64,000 nucleotides of DNA, taken from contig JAUSNM010000035.1 in NCBI GenBank assembly GCA_030645535.1, positions 1,002 through 65,001 on the forward strand, written 5' to 3'. The translations under genes and the position numbers were made by a program. This DNA comes from Gallionella sp. Lineage in GTDB: Bacteria; Pseudomonadota; Gammaproteobacteria; Burkholderiales; Gallionellaceae. The notes below the pieces were generated by a model. The model did no database searches. It worked only from the letters and a program-made list of their open reading frames with translations, and had not been told where the DNA came from. Of the stretch, positions 1 through 9,814 are shown one piece after another (positions within the stretch are counted from its first letter, which is position 1; every line of letters starts with the position of its first letter).

Positions 1-516
1 CAAGCTGCCTTTCACCACCAGCGGCAGTCCTGCCACCGTTAAAATCACCCGCTCGCAGAGCTGGCCTAACTGTTGATGCAGCCTTCCTGCTTCGTCGCAA
101 TAGCGCCGCGACAGCTCACCCAGCGGCGTGACGCCCATGTTAGTCTCGTTGCTGACCAGAATGATCTGTCCGGGCAAATCAGGCAACACCCGCAACAATT
201 CAGACACCTCCAGCTGCAGCCTCGCCTCATCAGTATCGCACAGCAATTGCGTCAGCCACAGCGTCAGACAGTCTACCAGCACACAGCGCCCGACAGCGGC
301 CTCGCGCTGCAACACCGCCGCCAGATCGCCCCCCGCCTCGACCAGCTGCCAGCTGGCAGGCCGGCGCGCCTGATGATGAAGGATGCGCTGCCGCATTTCC
401 TCGTCGCGCACCTCGGCGGTTGCGACATACACAACAGTCATACCCGAGTCCTGCGCATGTTGTTCTGCCAGACGGCTCTTGCCGGAGCGCACGCCGCCCA
501 AAATCAGTTCACGCAT
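1..516 (-). CDS. cobU: Adenosylcobinamide kinase/adenosylcobinamide-phosphate guanylyltransferase (3' end runs off window)
   Basis: Not in ORF track. Manual translation from the ATG overlapping the cobQ stop gives [18 protein letters not shown]...[10 protein letters not shown]...[13 protein letters not shown]...VAGLP, which are CobU/CobP motifs. Confidence 0.93.
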   Translation of the reverse strand, partial: MRELILGGVRSGKSRLAEQHAQDSGMTVVYVATAEVRDEEMRQRILHHQARRPASWQLVEAGGDLAAVLQREAAVGRCVLVDCLTLWLTQLLCDTDEARLQLEVSELLRVLPDLPGQIILVSNETNMGVTPLGELSRRYCDEAGRLHQQLGQLCERVILTVAGLPLVVKGSL

Positions 517-1999
517 TGCTCTCTCCCAAACCAAACAGTATTCGCAATTGCGCCTTATCCAGATGGCTTTGTACCGCATCGGCCAGCCGCTCGATGTCGG
601 CCTCGCGGCGTGCCTGATAATCCGGCGTCACCACGCAGCGCAGCCCGGCCCAGCGCAGCAGTGCGTCGGTCGCAGGCGTTGATTCAAACAGTCCATGCAG
701 ATAGGTGGCGAGAATCTGTCCGTCGAGACTTATCGCGCCATCGGAGAAGGCAACGCCTTCGTGTTCGAGTTGCAGCGCAGGATTATTCAGTGCCGCGCCT
801 GTTGAAATACCCGCGTGGATCTCATAACCCGCAACGGGTGTGGCTTCAAGACTCAGCGTGCCGCTCACATTGCGCAGTTGCTTTTCGGAATCCAGCATGG
901 TGTTCAGTTCAAGGAACCCCAGCCCGACACTGCTGCCGGGCTCCCCTTCGAGGCCCAGCGGATCGTGGATCGCAAGACCAAGCATCTGCAGGCCGCCGCA
1001 AATGCCGATCAGCTTGCCGCCGTAGCGCAGATGGCGCTGGATCGCGGCTTCCCAGCCGGCGCGGCGCAGACTATCCAGATCGCTGCGCACCGACTTGCTG
1101 CCCGGCAGGATGATCAGGTCGGCAGGCGGAATCGGCTCCCCCATAGCAACATAACTGAACTCGATCTGCGGATGCAGGCGCAGCGGGTCGAAATCGGTGT
1201 GATTGCTGATATGCGGCAGCACGGGGACGATCACGCGCAAAAGCCCCTCTCCCCCAACCCCTTCCCCGTAAACGGGTGAGGGGAGCGCATCCTCCGCCTC
1301 CAAATGCAATCCATGCAAAAAGGGCAGCACACCGATCACCGGTTTGCCGGTGCGCAGCTCAAGCCAGTCCAGACCGGGTTGCAGCAACGCGATGTCGCCG
1401 CGAAAGCGGTTGATGACAAACCCGACCACCCGCGCCTGCTCGCTCTCGCTAAGCAGCGCCAGCGTACCGACCAGATGCGCGAATACGCCGCCTTTGTCGA
1501 TGTCGGCGATCAAAATCACCTTGCAATCCACCGCCTCGGCAAAACCCATGTTGGCGATGTCGCCCTCGCGCAAGTTGATTTCGGCGGGACTGCCCGCCCC
1601 TTCCACGACGATCACCGGATATTGTTCGCACAGACGCTGGTACGATTCCAGCACCGCCGCACGCGCGGTCTGTTTGTAGGCATGATATTCCAGCGCTTCC
1701 ATGTTGCCGACAGCGCGCCCGTGGATGATGACCTGCGCGCCGGTGTCGCTGTTCGGTTTGAGCAACACCGGATTCATGTCGGTGTGCGGTGCCAGCCTTG
1801 CGGCTTGCGCCTGCACCGCCTGCGCACGGCCTATCTCGCCGCCATCTTTTGTGACCGCGCTGTTCAGCGCCATGTTCTGCGGCTTGAACGGTACGACCGA
1901 TACACCCTGGCGCACCAGATGGCGGCACAGCGCTGCGACCAGCGTGCTCTTGCCGGCATCCGAGGTCGTGCCCTGCACCATCACGGTTATGGCATTCAT
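509..1999 (-). CDS. cobQ: Cobyric acid synthase
   Basis: [41 protein letters not shown] and TYLHG motifs. Confidence 0.97.
   Translation of the reverse strand: MNAITVMVQGTTSDAGKSTLVAALCRHLVRQGVSVVPFKPQNMALNSAVTKDGGEIGRAQAVQAQAARLAPHTDMNPVLLKPNSDTGAQVIIHGRAVGNMEALEYHAYKQTARAAVLESYQRLCEQYPVIVVEGAGSPAEINLREGDIANMGFAEAVDCKVILIADIDKGGVFAHLVGTLALLSESEQARVVGFVINRFRGDIALLQPGLDWLELRTGKPVIGVLPFLHGLHLEAEDALPSPVYGEGVGGEGLLRVIVPVLPHISNHTDFDPLRLHPQIEFSYVAMGEPIPPADLIILPGSKSVRSDLDSLRRAGWEAAIQRHLRYGGKLIGICGGLQMLGLAIHDPLGLEGEPGSSVGLGFLELNTMLDSEKQLRNVSGTLSLEATPVAGYEIHAGISTGAALNNPALQLEHEGVAFSDGAISLDGQILATYLHGLFESTPATDALLRWAGLRCVVTPDYQARREADIERLADAVQSHLDKAQLRILFGLGESNA
1244..1284. repeat. C-rich/G-rich palindromic repeat inside cobQ (translated as [13 protein letters not shown])
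   Basis: CCCCTCTCCCCCAACCCCTTCCCCGTAAACGGGTGAGGGG; related copies at 5360, 31111, 33547 and 33939. Confidence 0.7.
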
Positions 2000-2017
2000 C
2001 CTAAAAACCTTTTTTCA

Positions 2018-2195
2018 TCCACGAAAAGCACGAAAGACACCAAATAAACCAAATAAACCAATTTTTTACACGGGTTATGCAACTCTTCATCTGTGTGATT
2101 CCGCTGATAGTTACATGCCTTAGAATCTGTTCGTGTTTTTTGCGAGCATCCGCGAAGCGGATTGCCTGCCAAAACCGTTTCGTGTATTTCGTGGA
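2018..2195. repeat. MITE-like mini-element with 18-bp terminal inverted repeats
   Basis: TCCACGAAAAGCACGAAA (2018-2035) vs reverse complement of 2178-2195 TCCACGAAATACACGAAA, 16/18 match; AT-rich interior between cobD and cobQ. Confidence 0.7.
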
Positions 2196-2212
2196 CAACT
2201 GCTTTTCCAGGT

Positions 2213-3193
2213 TCATCTTTTAAATACGCCTAACGCGGCATCCAGCCGCGCCCAATGCTCCTCGCTGCGCGGCAAACCGAACCGCAGGCTGGCAGGTGCA
2301 TCGAACAGGCGCGTCAAAATGCCCTGTTGCGCCAGCTGACCATGAATACTGGCAGCATCCTCGCTGCACACCCATTGAAACAGGCTGTTGCCACCCGCAG
2401 GCGGCAAGCCGTGCCGGACAAGCATGTCGGACAAACGATGCGCCGCAGCATGCAAATACTGACATGTAGACACCTGCCAGTCTGTATCGCAAAGGGCGAG
2501 TGTCGCCACATAACGCGAAGGGGCGGCAACCGGCCACGGACCCAGCATCTCGGCTAACGACTGCAATACGGTGTCTTGCGCCAGCACGAAGCCGACCCTG
2601 GCGCCGGCCAGACCAAAAAACTTGCCCAGTGAGCGCAGCACGATCAAACCCTCGCGCGGACAGAATTGAGCCAGGCTGTGTTCGGGCGTGGCATCCATGA
2701 AGGCTTCGTCCACAACCAGCAGTCCGCCCCGTGCAGCCAGCCGTTCATGCAGTGCCAGCAGTTGTGCTGCGCTGTACAGCCTGCCGGTAGGATTATTCGG
2801 GTTAATGATGACCACCACCCGGCTTTCGCTTTGCAATATTTCATCGCCGGAAACAAGGCTGACATCGTGTCCGTGCTTTCGCCATGCGTATTCATGTTCC
2901 GCATAAGCCGTCGTTGCCATCGTTACGCTGCCGGGTGCGCGCAATCCGGGCAAGGACTGAATCGCCGCCTGTGAACCCGCGACAGGGAGCAGCTGCGTCG
3001 TACCATAAAAACTGCACGCTGCATCAACCAGACCGTCGTCGTCCTGCGGCAGACCTTGCCAGACTTCAGCGGGTATGGCAGGTGCCGTCCAGCCGGCAGG
3101 GTTGATGCCGGTGGATAAATCCAGCCAGCGATTTTCCGGGATGCCGTAACGCGCAGCCGCCGCTCGAATCCGGCCGCCGTGCTCAAGCGCCAT
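2213..3193 (-). CDS. cobD: Threonine-phosphate decarboxylase (PLP-dependent)
   Basis: HGG start, DLSTGINP, NPNNPTG, DEAFMD and RSLGKFFGLAGARVG motifs; cob operon context. Confidence 0.93.
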   Translation of the reverse strand: MALEHGGRIRAAAARYGIPENRWLDLSTGINPAGWTAPAIPAEVWQGLPQDDDGLVDAACSFYGTTQLLPVAGSQAAIQSLPGLRAPGSVTMATTAYAEHEYAWRKHGHDVSLVSGDEILQSESRVVVIINPNNPTGRLYSAAQLLALHERLAARGGLLVVDEAFMDATPEHSLAQFCPREGLIVLRSLGKFFGLAGARVGFVLAQDTVLQSLAEMLGPWPVAAPSRYVATLALCDTDWQVSTCQYLHAAAHRLSDMLVRHGLPPAGGNSLFQWVCSEDAASIHGQLAQQGILTRLFDAPASLRFGLPRSEEHWARLDAALGVFKR

Positions 3194-4115
3194 GTTTAAA
3201 TCCTTCGATCAACAGTGCAGCCAGGCTGATTGCGATCAGCCAGAGCCAGAGGGTGTGTTGCACCAGCCGCACCGCGCGGAGAATATCGGCGCGATTAGCA
3301 GGCTGGCCGCAACCAAGTTCTGGGCGTTGTTCCAGCTGGCCGTGATAAATCGCAGCGCCGCCCAGTTTCACCTGCAACGCGCCGGCCCCCGACGCCATCA
3401 CAGGCCCTGCGTTCGGGCTGTCCCACGCGGGGGCCTGTTGCCGCCAGCAATGCCACGCACTGTGCGTATGCCCCAGCAGCGCGTAGCTCAGCGCAGTCAG
3501 GCGGGCAGGAAGGTAATTGAGCACATCGTCCAGCCGCGCCGTCGCCCAGCCGAATTTACCGTAGCGTTGATTGCGGTAGCCCCACATCGCATCCAGCGTA
3601 TTGCTCAGCCGGTACAACACGACGCCCGGCGCACCAGCCAGGACGAACCAGAACAGTGCGGCGAAAATCGCATCGTTGCCGTTTTCCAGCACCGATTCCA
3701 CGGCGGCGCGCGCCACACCTTCCTCGTCAAGTTGCGTGGTGTCGCGGCTGACCATCATGCCCACCGCTGCTCTGGCCGCCGGTAAATCATTATCCGCAAA
3801 AGCTGCTGCCACCCGCCCGGCGTGCTCGGCAAGACTGCGCGGCGCAATCGCGAAATACAGCACCACAACTGAAAACAGCACGCCGAAAACGTTGCGCAAC
3901 AGATAGGCCGATAAAACCAACGGGATCACAACAATACAAACGGATAAAACACCGCTTGCATAGTTTGCGCGATAGCAGTTCTTTTCGATTCTCCTGGCAA
4001 GATGGCCGAATCCCGCCAGAGGATGAAAACGCTGCGGTTCCCCGAACAAACGATCGAGCAATACCGCCGCCAGCACTATCAACGGCAGGTTCAGATGATT
4101 AAATAGCTGCAGCAT
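3183..4115 (-). CDS. cbiB: Adenosylcobinamide-phosphate synthase
   Basis: HPLAGFG, ESVLENGND, NTLDAMWGY and SPNAG motifs; start reassigned to MLQLF. Confidence 0.95.
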   Translation of the reverse strand: MLQLFNHLNLPLIVLAAVLLDRLFGEPQRFHPLAGFGHLARRIEKNCYRANYASGVLSVCIVVIPLVLSAYLLRNVFGVLFSVVVLYFAIAPRSLAEHAGRVAAAFADNDLPAARAAVGMMVSRDTTQLDEEGVARAAVESVLENGNDAIFAALFWFVLAGAPGVVLYRLSNTLDAMWGYRNQRYGKFGWATARLDDVLNYLPARLTALSYALLGHTHSAWHCWRQQAPAWDSPNAGPVMASGAGALQVKLGGAAIYHGQLEQRPELGCGQPANRADILRAVRLVQHTLWLWLIAISLAALLIEGFKHGA

Positions 4116-4752
4116 GTTCCCAGCTATTCTCAAACAGCATATCGCCGAGCGGCTGCGGCGTGCGCCAGCCTTCCAGCTGCAGCATCGGTGCGGCGTAGAA
4201 TTCCTCGACCTGACCCAGACACAGGATCGCGACAGGTTTGCCGCCAGCCGGAATATTTAACAATTTTGCTAACGCTTCCGGGTCGAACAGCGACACCCAG
4301 CCCATGCCCAGACCCTCGGCGCGCGCCGCCAGCCACAGGTTCTGGATCGCACAGGCGACCGAGGCCAGATCCATTTCCGGCAAGGTGCGTCGGCCAAAAA
4401 CATGCGCCTCACGCCTGTCCATCAAGGCTGCCACCCATAGTTCGGCGCAATCCGCCACCCCTTCCACTTTCAGGCGCATGAATTGTGCATCGCGGCAGCC
4501 CAAGGCCTCTGCCGTCAACTGCCGCTCGGTCTCCACCAGCGCATGGATCTGGCTACGCAGCGCATCATCGCTGATGCGGATGAATCGCCACGGTTGCATC
4601 AGACCGACCGATGGCGCCTGATGTGCGGCGTGCAGCACGCGCTGCAAAACGTCAGCGGGGACAGGGTCGCGGCGAAAATGGCGCATGTCGCGCCGCTCGG
4701 CGATCACGCGATAGACGGCATCACGATCGCTGTCGGAATAGCGATAACTCAT
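4099..4752 (-). CDS. bluB: 5,6-dimethylbenzimidazole synthase
   Basis: RRDMRHF, APSVGLMQPWRF and QNLWLAARAEGLGMGWVS motifs. Confidence 0.95.
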   Translation of the reverse strand: MSYRYSDSDRDAVYRVIAERRDMRHFRRDPVPADVLQRVLHAAHQAPSVGLMQPWRFIRISDDALRSQIHALVETERQLTAEALGCRDAQFMRLKVEGVADCAELWVAALMDRREAHVFGRRTLPEMDLASVACAIQNLWLAARAEGLGMGWVSLFDPEALAKLLNIPAGGKPVAILCLGQVEEFYAAPMLQLEGWRTPQPLGDMLFENSWEHAAAI

Positions 4753-6086
4753 GGCAAAAACAGGCTAGCCACTGCAATCGGGTCAGACGGGAAATAAAAA
4801 TGGATATACGATGCTGTCAGGCGCTGCTGTTGGTACACTGCTTCACGGGTTTCACCGCCATTGGGACACACGCCACGCGCAACCGGAATTAAAGCCGTTT
4901 CAATCTTCGAATAATGAAAGGTATGTCCGCGCAGCGTGCCTTGCGGCAAGGCTGCGCTTTGCAGCGCGAGCGCACTCAAACGCGGCTGCATCACGGCATC
5001 CCCGTCCAGCAAACCCAGCAAATCTCCCCGCTGACCTTGCACATCAGTAAGCGTCTGCAATGCATACAGCATGCCGCCGCATTCGGCGAGTATCGGTTTT
5101 TGCACGGCATGATGGGCGCGAATGGCATCCAGCATCGCGGTGTTTGCGGCCAATTTTGACAAGTGCAGTTCCGGGTAACCGCCGGGGAAATAAAGGCTAT
5201 CCGCAACAGGTAATGCGCTGTCATCCAGCGGCGAGAAGAAGTACAGCTGTGCGCCAAGATCCTCCAGCACGTCCAGGTTGGCGCGATACAAAAATGAAAA
5301 GGCGGCGTCCCTTGCCACGGCGATTTTCACGCCCGCCAGTTGCAGCGCCAGGCTGGTTACCCCACCCTCACCCCTGCCCCCTCCCCCTGAGGTGGAGGGA
5401 AAACTAACGGGTGCGGCAAATTCCACCGCTGGCGGCAATCCGGTGTCACACCGCTCACCCCACAGCTCGGCCGCATGTCTGATACGCTGATTTATGTCAG
5501 GCAATTCCGCTGCCTGCAACAACCCCAGATGCCGCTCGGGCAGGCTGATTTCGGCGCTGCGCGGCAGCGCGCCACAAAATTTCAACGAGTCCGGTAATTT
5601 TTCGGTGAGCATCTGTGCATGGCGCGCGCTGCCGACACGATTCGCGACTACGCCGTAAAAAGGCACAGTCGTATCGAGTTGTGACAGCCCGCAGGCCATT
5701 GCGGCAAAAGTCTGCGCCATCGCGCCGGCATCGATCACCGCCAGAACGGGGACGCCGAATTGGCGGGCCAGATCCGCGCTGGACGGATTGCCGTCGAACA
5801 GGCCCATCACGCCTTCGATCAGGATCAGATCGGCCTCCCCCGCAGCCCTGTAGAGCATCGCGCGGCAATCCGCCTCGCCGCACATCCACAAATCGAGCTG
5901 ATAGACAGGATTGCCGGATGCCACCTCCAGTATGGTCGGGTCGATGAAGTCAGGCCCGGTCTTGAAGACGCGTACCCGCCTCCCCTGACTGCGGTGGAAA
6001 GCGGCCAGAGCGGCGGTGACGGTGGTTTTTCCCTGCCCGGAGGCAGGTGCGCTGATCAGCAAAGCGGGACAAAGACGAACAGTCAT
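4749..6086 (-). CDS. cobB: Cobyrinate a,c-diamide synthase
   Basis: APASGQGKTT, GPDFID, EGVMGLFDG, GGYPE and AECGG motifs; start reassigned to MTVRLC. Confidence 0.95.
   Translation of the reverse strand: MTVRLCPALLISAPASGQGKTTVTAALAAFHRSQGRRVRVFKTGPDFIDPTILEVASGNPVYQLDLWMCGEADCRAMLYRAAGEADLILIEGVMGLFDGNPSSADLARQFGVPVLAVIDAGAMAQTFAAMACGLSQLDTTVPFYGVVANRVGSARHAQMLTEKLPDSLKFCGALPRSAEISLPERHLGLLQAAELPDINQRIRHAAELWGERCDTGLPPAVEFAAPVSFPSTSGGGGRGEGGVTSLALQLAGVKIAVARDAAFSFLYRANLDVLEDLGAQLYFFSPLDDSALPVADSLYFPGGYPELHLSKLAANTAMLDAIRAHHAVQKPILAECGGMLYALQTLTDVQGQRGDLLGLLDGDAVMQPRLSALALQSAALPQGTLRGHTFHYSKIETALIPVARGVCPNGGETREAVYQQQRLTASYIHFYFPSDPIAVASLFLP
5360..5404. repeat. C-rich/G-rich palindromic repeat inside the cobB interdomain linker (translated as FPSTSGGGGRGEGG)
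   Basis: CCCCACCCTCACCCCTGCCCCCTCCCCCTGAGGTGGAGGGAAAAC; same family as the cobQ copy. Confidence 0.65.
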
Positions 6087-6088
6087 TT

Positions 6089-6688
6089 TTACAGATCGAT
6101 GCCAGGTTGGGCGCGGATTCCTGCGCGGTACGCGTGCTTGACGTCCTGAATTTCGCTGACGGTATCGGCCATATCGAGCAGACATTGAGGCGCGGCCCGC
6201 CCGGTAATCACCACATGTTGCATCGGTGGACGTGCCGCCAGATCTTTGCATACTTGTTCTGCATCCAGATAGCCGTAATTCAGCAGATAGGTCAGTTCAT
6301 CCAGCACCACCAGATGCAGTGATGCATCCTGTAAAAGCCCCTGTGCGACGGTCCAGCCGCGTTGGGCGGTCGCGATATCCGCATCGCGATTTTGCGTATC
6401 CCAGGTAAAGCCATCGCCCAGCACATGCCACTGCACGCCGGGCTGATCGCCTAAAAAGCGCTCTTCACCGGTATCGCGACGGCTCTTCAGAAATTGCGCA
6501 ACGCCTGACTTAAGGCCGTAACCCAGCGTGCGTGCGACCATGCCGAATGCGGAGCTGGACTTACCCTTACCGTTGCCGGTCAGCACCAGCAACAGCCCCT
6601 TGTCCCCATCGGATTTCGCAATCGCCGCATCGATCACGGCTTTCTTGCGCCCCATGCGCTTTTGGTGCTGTTCGCTGTTATCCGGCAT
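6089..6688 (-). CDS. cobO: Cob(I)yrinic acid a,c-diamide adenosyltransferase
   Basis: TGNGKGKSSSAFG, GFTWDTQ, VLDEL and ITGR motifs. Confidence 0.95.
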   Translation of the reverse strand: MPDNSEQHQKRMGRKKAVIDAAIAKSDGDKGLLLVLTGNGKGKSSSAFGMVARTLGYGLKSGVAQFLKSRRDTGEERFLGDQPGVQWHVLGDGFTWDTQNRDADIATAQRGWTVAQGLLQDASLHLVVLDELTYLLNYGYLDAEQVCKDLAARPPMQHVVITGRAAPQCLLDMADTVSEIQDVKHAYRAGIRAQPGIDL

Positions 6689-7238
6689 GGTTCTCGCGGG
6701 CAGCACGCTGGGTGAACAGCGCGTACAACATCACAGCAGGAACCAGATAGACCACGGCACCTGAAACGTAGGGCACATAGTATTGCGCGATGCGCGCGGC
6801 GTATTCGGCGATGCTCACATCGGCAAATCGGCCCGAAAACAGGTAGAACGAACCATTGGAAATGAGGAACGCCACGTTAACCGCCGCAAACGAGATGAGT
6901 GAAAACAATCCCAGACTGCGCAGGTTGTTTTGATGCACACGCGCATAAATGCGACCGGCAAACCACAGCGCCGCGTAAGTCGGAATCAGGAACCCGTATG
7001 CCGGCGTCACGCAATAGTCGGAAACACCCAGATGGGTGATCGCCACATAATCGAGCGCGGCAGCTTCGATCAGCAACGCGCCGAACAACAGCGGACTGGC
7101 AACCAGGAAACCTGCCAGCAGGAACACGGCCAGCGAAGCATCGGGCAGATGCAGGCTGCTGCCAAAATGGTGCATGCGTGTCGCGGCCATCAAACCTGCC
7201 AGAATCGCGCACAGCGCGAAGGATTTAGTCTTATTCAT
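6678..7238 (-). CDS. btuM: BtuM-type solitary S-component cobalamin transporter
   Basis: TRMHHFG-LPDAS-LDYVAI-GVSDYCVTPAY pattern resembling Thiobacillus BtuM, including the Cys and His; AGGAG RBS; directly downstream of btuB. Confidence 0.85.
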   Translation of the reverse strand: MNKTKSFALCAILAGLMAATRMHHFGSSLHLPDASLAVFLLAGFLVASPLLFGALLIEAAALDYVAITHLGVSDYCVTPAYGFLIPTYAALWFAGRIYARVHQNNLRSLGLFSLISFAAVNVAFLISNGSFYLFSGRFADVSIAEYAARIAQYYVPYVSGAVVYLVPAVMLYALFTQRAARENHAG

Positions 7239-7305
7239 TGTATAACTCCTAGTGATAATGAAACACGCGCACCTTATCACAAAGCCACGCGCGTTTCAGC
7301 AGCGG

Positions 7306-9126
7306 TTACTGCTGGTAGTTCAGTCCGACGAACAGCGTGCGACCCAGGGTGTTGTAGCTGTACACCTCGGAATAGTTGCGGTTGAACAGATTTTCCACAC
7401 GCGCAGACAAATTTACCTGCTTGTCGATTTGATAGCGCGCAGTCAAATTGAACAGTTCATAACCATGCAAGGTGTTGACACCATCCATGCGCGCGCCGCT
7501 GTAACGTACTTCCGCACCCATGTTCCACGCATCGAAATCATGCGATGCCGCAACGCTGCCGAACTGTTTTGCTCTGCGTGGCAGCAACTGACCGGTAGCG
7601 GCATTGCGAGGATTCTGGAAGGTCGCACTGGCCTTGATGTGCTTGTTGCCAAAATCTCCTGCATAGCTCAGTTCCTGCCCGTCGATTCGTGCCTGGCTGA
7701 TATTGGTTACCGTGGTGAAGGCGGCATTCAGGGCGATCAAATCACTGATGCGGTTATCAAAGTACACCGCATCAACGCGCTGACCGTTCACCGCATAGTG
7801 CAGCCCGAGTTCTTTATTCTGTGAGCGTTCCGGCTTCAAATTCGGATTCCCCTGATAACCGAACGCCAATGGCCAATACATGTCATTGAAGGTCGGCGCC
7901 TTGAAGGCATTGCTGACACTCGCGGTAGCACGCCAGCTGTCTGCGAACGCCACGCCATAGCCCAGCAAACCGGTGTTCGCCGTGCCGAAATCAGTGTAAC
8001 GATCTTGGCGCAGATTGAGTTGCACTTGCTGTACTCCATACTCCCCTGTATAGCCACCTAACAGGCTGTTCACGTTGCGGGTAGTTTGCGAAAAAGCCGT
8101 GGTAGAGGTGACAGTCTGCCCCAGATGTTCCGCAGCCAAATTCAGCTGTTGACCCTCCGCAATCTTGAGATTGTTTTGCCAGGTAATCTGATTGCTCTGA
8201 GTCTGATAGCGAGAGGTTTGCGCAGCATTGGTATAGTAGTGGTAGTCGTCTACGCCTCGCGCCAGGCGCACCTGACTGTGCCACATCGCGCTGAATTGAT
8301 CATCCGATGCAAGCGAGACTTTATCGATATTTTCCACTACATTGTAAAGGGAGGTTGGCACGCCAAACGCATTGTCAATCGAGATATTGCCGCGCGTGCT
8401 GAACAACGAGGCAGACAACAAATGATCCGTATTGATGGCATGTTTGACTTGCGCAGCCAGGGTATTGTTGTCGTAGCCGTTTTTATTGGGATTGGCTCTA
8501 GGTGCCAGCAATGGATTGATTGCCGATACGCCATCGGTTTTAACTTTTCCGGCATTCACACTGAACGAGGTGTCGTTCACTTCGCCTGCGAATCCCGCAG
8601 CCAGACGCTGCGTGCCGTGACTACCCGCACCGCCGCTGACATTAAAGACAGGTGCGCCGCGTCCCTGTTTGGTGAACAACTGAATCACGCCGCCGATAGC
8701 CTCCGATCCATACAAACTGCTGACATTGCCGCGCACGATTTCGATGCGTTCGATGCTGTCCAGCATCAGGTGCTCGATTGCCGTTGCGCCCGTCGTGGCT
8801 GAATTGATGCGCACCCCGTCCAGCAGCACCAGCACCTGATTTGCATTGGTGCCGCGCATAAAAATATAGGGGGTAGCTCCCAGCCCGCCGGTTTGCGCCA
8901 CCTCAACTCCCGGCAGCGAACGCAACAGCGTTGAAACATCAGGCGCGCCGGATTTGCGGATTTCCTGCTCATTCAATACGCTGACATCCGCGATGGTCTT
9001 GTTCAACGACTGCGGCATGCGTGATGCCGTGACGACCACTTCGTCCAGACCGGGTGTTTCCGCATGTGCGGCTAAAGGGAATGTGATCGCACCGAACAGT
9101 GCGACGATGATAAGTTTTTGATTCAT
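7306..9126 (-). CDS. btuB: TonB-dependent vitamin B12 receptor
   Basis: Signal peptide, TonB box EVVVTASR, plug motif IERIEIVRG..SSLYGSEAIGGVI, barrel C-terminus; under a cobalamin riboswitch. Confidence 0.92.
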   Translation of the reverse strand: MNQKLIIVALFGAITFPLAAHAETPGLDEVVVTASRMPQSLNKTIADVSVLNEQEIRKSGAPDVSTLLRSLPGVEVAQTGGLGATPYIFMRGTNANQVLVLLDGVRINSATTGATAIEHLMLDSIERIEIVRGNVSSLYGSEAIGGVIQLFTKQGRGAPVFNVSGGAGSHGTQRLAAGFAGEVNDTSFSVNAGKVKTDGVSAINPLLAPRANPNKNGYDNNTLAAQVKHAINTDHLLSASLFSTRGNISIDNAFGVPTSLYNVVENIDKVSLASDDQFSAMWHSQVRLARGVDDYHYYTNAAQTSRYQTQSNQITWQNNLKIAEGQQLNLAAEHLGQTVTSTTAFSQTTRNVNSLLGGYTGEYGVQQVQLNLRQDRYTDFGTANTGLLGYGVAFADSWRATASVSNAFKAPTFNDMYWPLAFGYQGNPNLKPERSQNKELGLHYAVNGQRVDAVYFDNRISDLIALNAAFTTVTNISQARIDGQELSYAGDFGNKHIKASATFQNPRNAATGQLLPRRAKQFGSVAASHDFDAWNMGAEVRYSGARMDGVNTLHGYELFNLTARYQIDKQVNLSARVENLFNRNYSEVYSYNTLGRTLFVGLNYQQ

Positions 9127-9269
9127 TTAGATTTTCCGATCAAAGTTCCAGCGACCCCGCTGGAACGTTAAAAATCAGAAGAAATGCGGGCGGCAAGCAG
9201 CACTTTTTGCAAAGCGTGTTGCGTAGAATCGCCACGAAGCCGCCTCCCGCGCCTTCTTCTGTTCGTATG

Positions 9270-9505
9270 CGATAAGGCCGGTATCCGGGCTCACAAGTCT
9301 TGATTTGCCGCCTTCCCATGATTGCTCACAGTGGCCTAATGGCAAATCCACACTCGCTTACCGTTGCGGGGGCAGCTCAGGCTTTGTTGAGCGTCACCGG
9401 ATCGATAAATCCGCATAGCGAATCCACCCGATTTCCAGCGCTGCTCAACGCACCTGCTTCCCGTTTAACCATGCTGCAATGCAGCCTGGCACCTCAAAGC
9501 GACGC
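9270..9505 (-). promoter_or_regulatory. Cobalamin (AdoCbl) riboswitch
   Basis: Minus strand shows GGTGC...TAAACGGGAAGCAGGTG...CTGCCCCCGCAACGGTAA...GCCACTG...GGGAAGG...GAGCCCGGATACCGGCC (B12 box); boundaries approximate. Confidence 0.95.
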
Positions 9506-9577
9506 GCACTTTAACACGTGCATGACACGACACAAAATATCAAATTATAAAATGGTTGCACAAACCTGTCTTAGCAA

Positions 9578-9607
9578 TTGACTTTGCAGCACTTTTCAAA
9601 CTATATT
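9578..9607 (+). promoter_or_regulatory. Putative sigma70 promoter for zapB-like/zapA
   Basis: TTGACT-N18-TATATT ending 6 nt before the ATG at 9614. Confidence 0.55.
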
Positions 9608-9613
9608 AGCCAC

Positions 9614-9814
9614 ATGGAAAATGAATTAAACGCACTGGAGAGCAAACTGGCGCAGCTGATACAAGTCAGCAGCCAGTTGCGCGCGGAAAACCACCAGTTA
9701 CGCCAGGAATTGGCGCAAGCCTTAAGCAGCAACCGGCTATGCAACGACAAGATAGACAGCGCGAAGGCCCGTCTGGAAAAATTGCTGCCTACCTTCCCTG
9801 AGGATCTGTCATGA
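9614..9814 (+). CDS. ZapB-like / TIGR02449 coiled-coil cell-division protein
   Basis: MENELNALESKLAQLI...LRAENHQLR heptad pattern; upstream of zapA. Confidence 0.8.
   Translation: MENELNALESKLAQLIQVSSQLRAENHQLRQELAQALSSNRLCNDKIDSAKARLEKLLPTFPEDLS

Noticed and set aside
73-1113. 346-aa plus-strand ORF (and the other long antisense ORFs such as 1304-2047, 12771-13841, 17690-18703, 45206-46093 and 60564-61838)
   Set aside because: Shadow frames of well-supported genes on the opposite strand in GC-rich DNA, with no recognisable motifs.
2001-2216. 71-aa ORF spanning the cobD-cobQ gap
   Set aside because: Coincides with the TIR mini-element and has low-complexity, repeat-derived sequence. Translation cannot be excluded but is unsupported.
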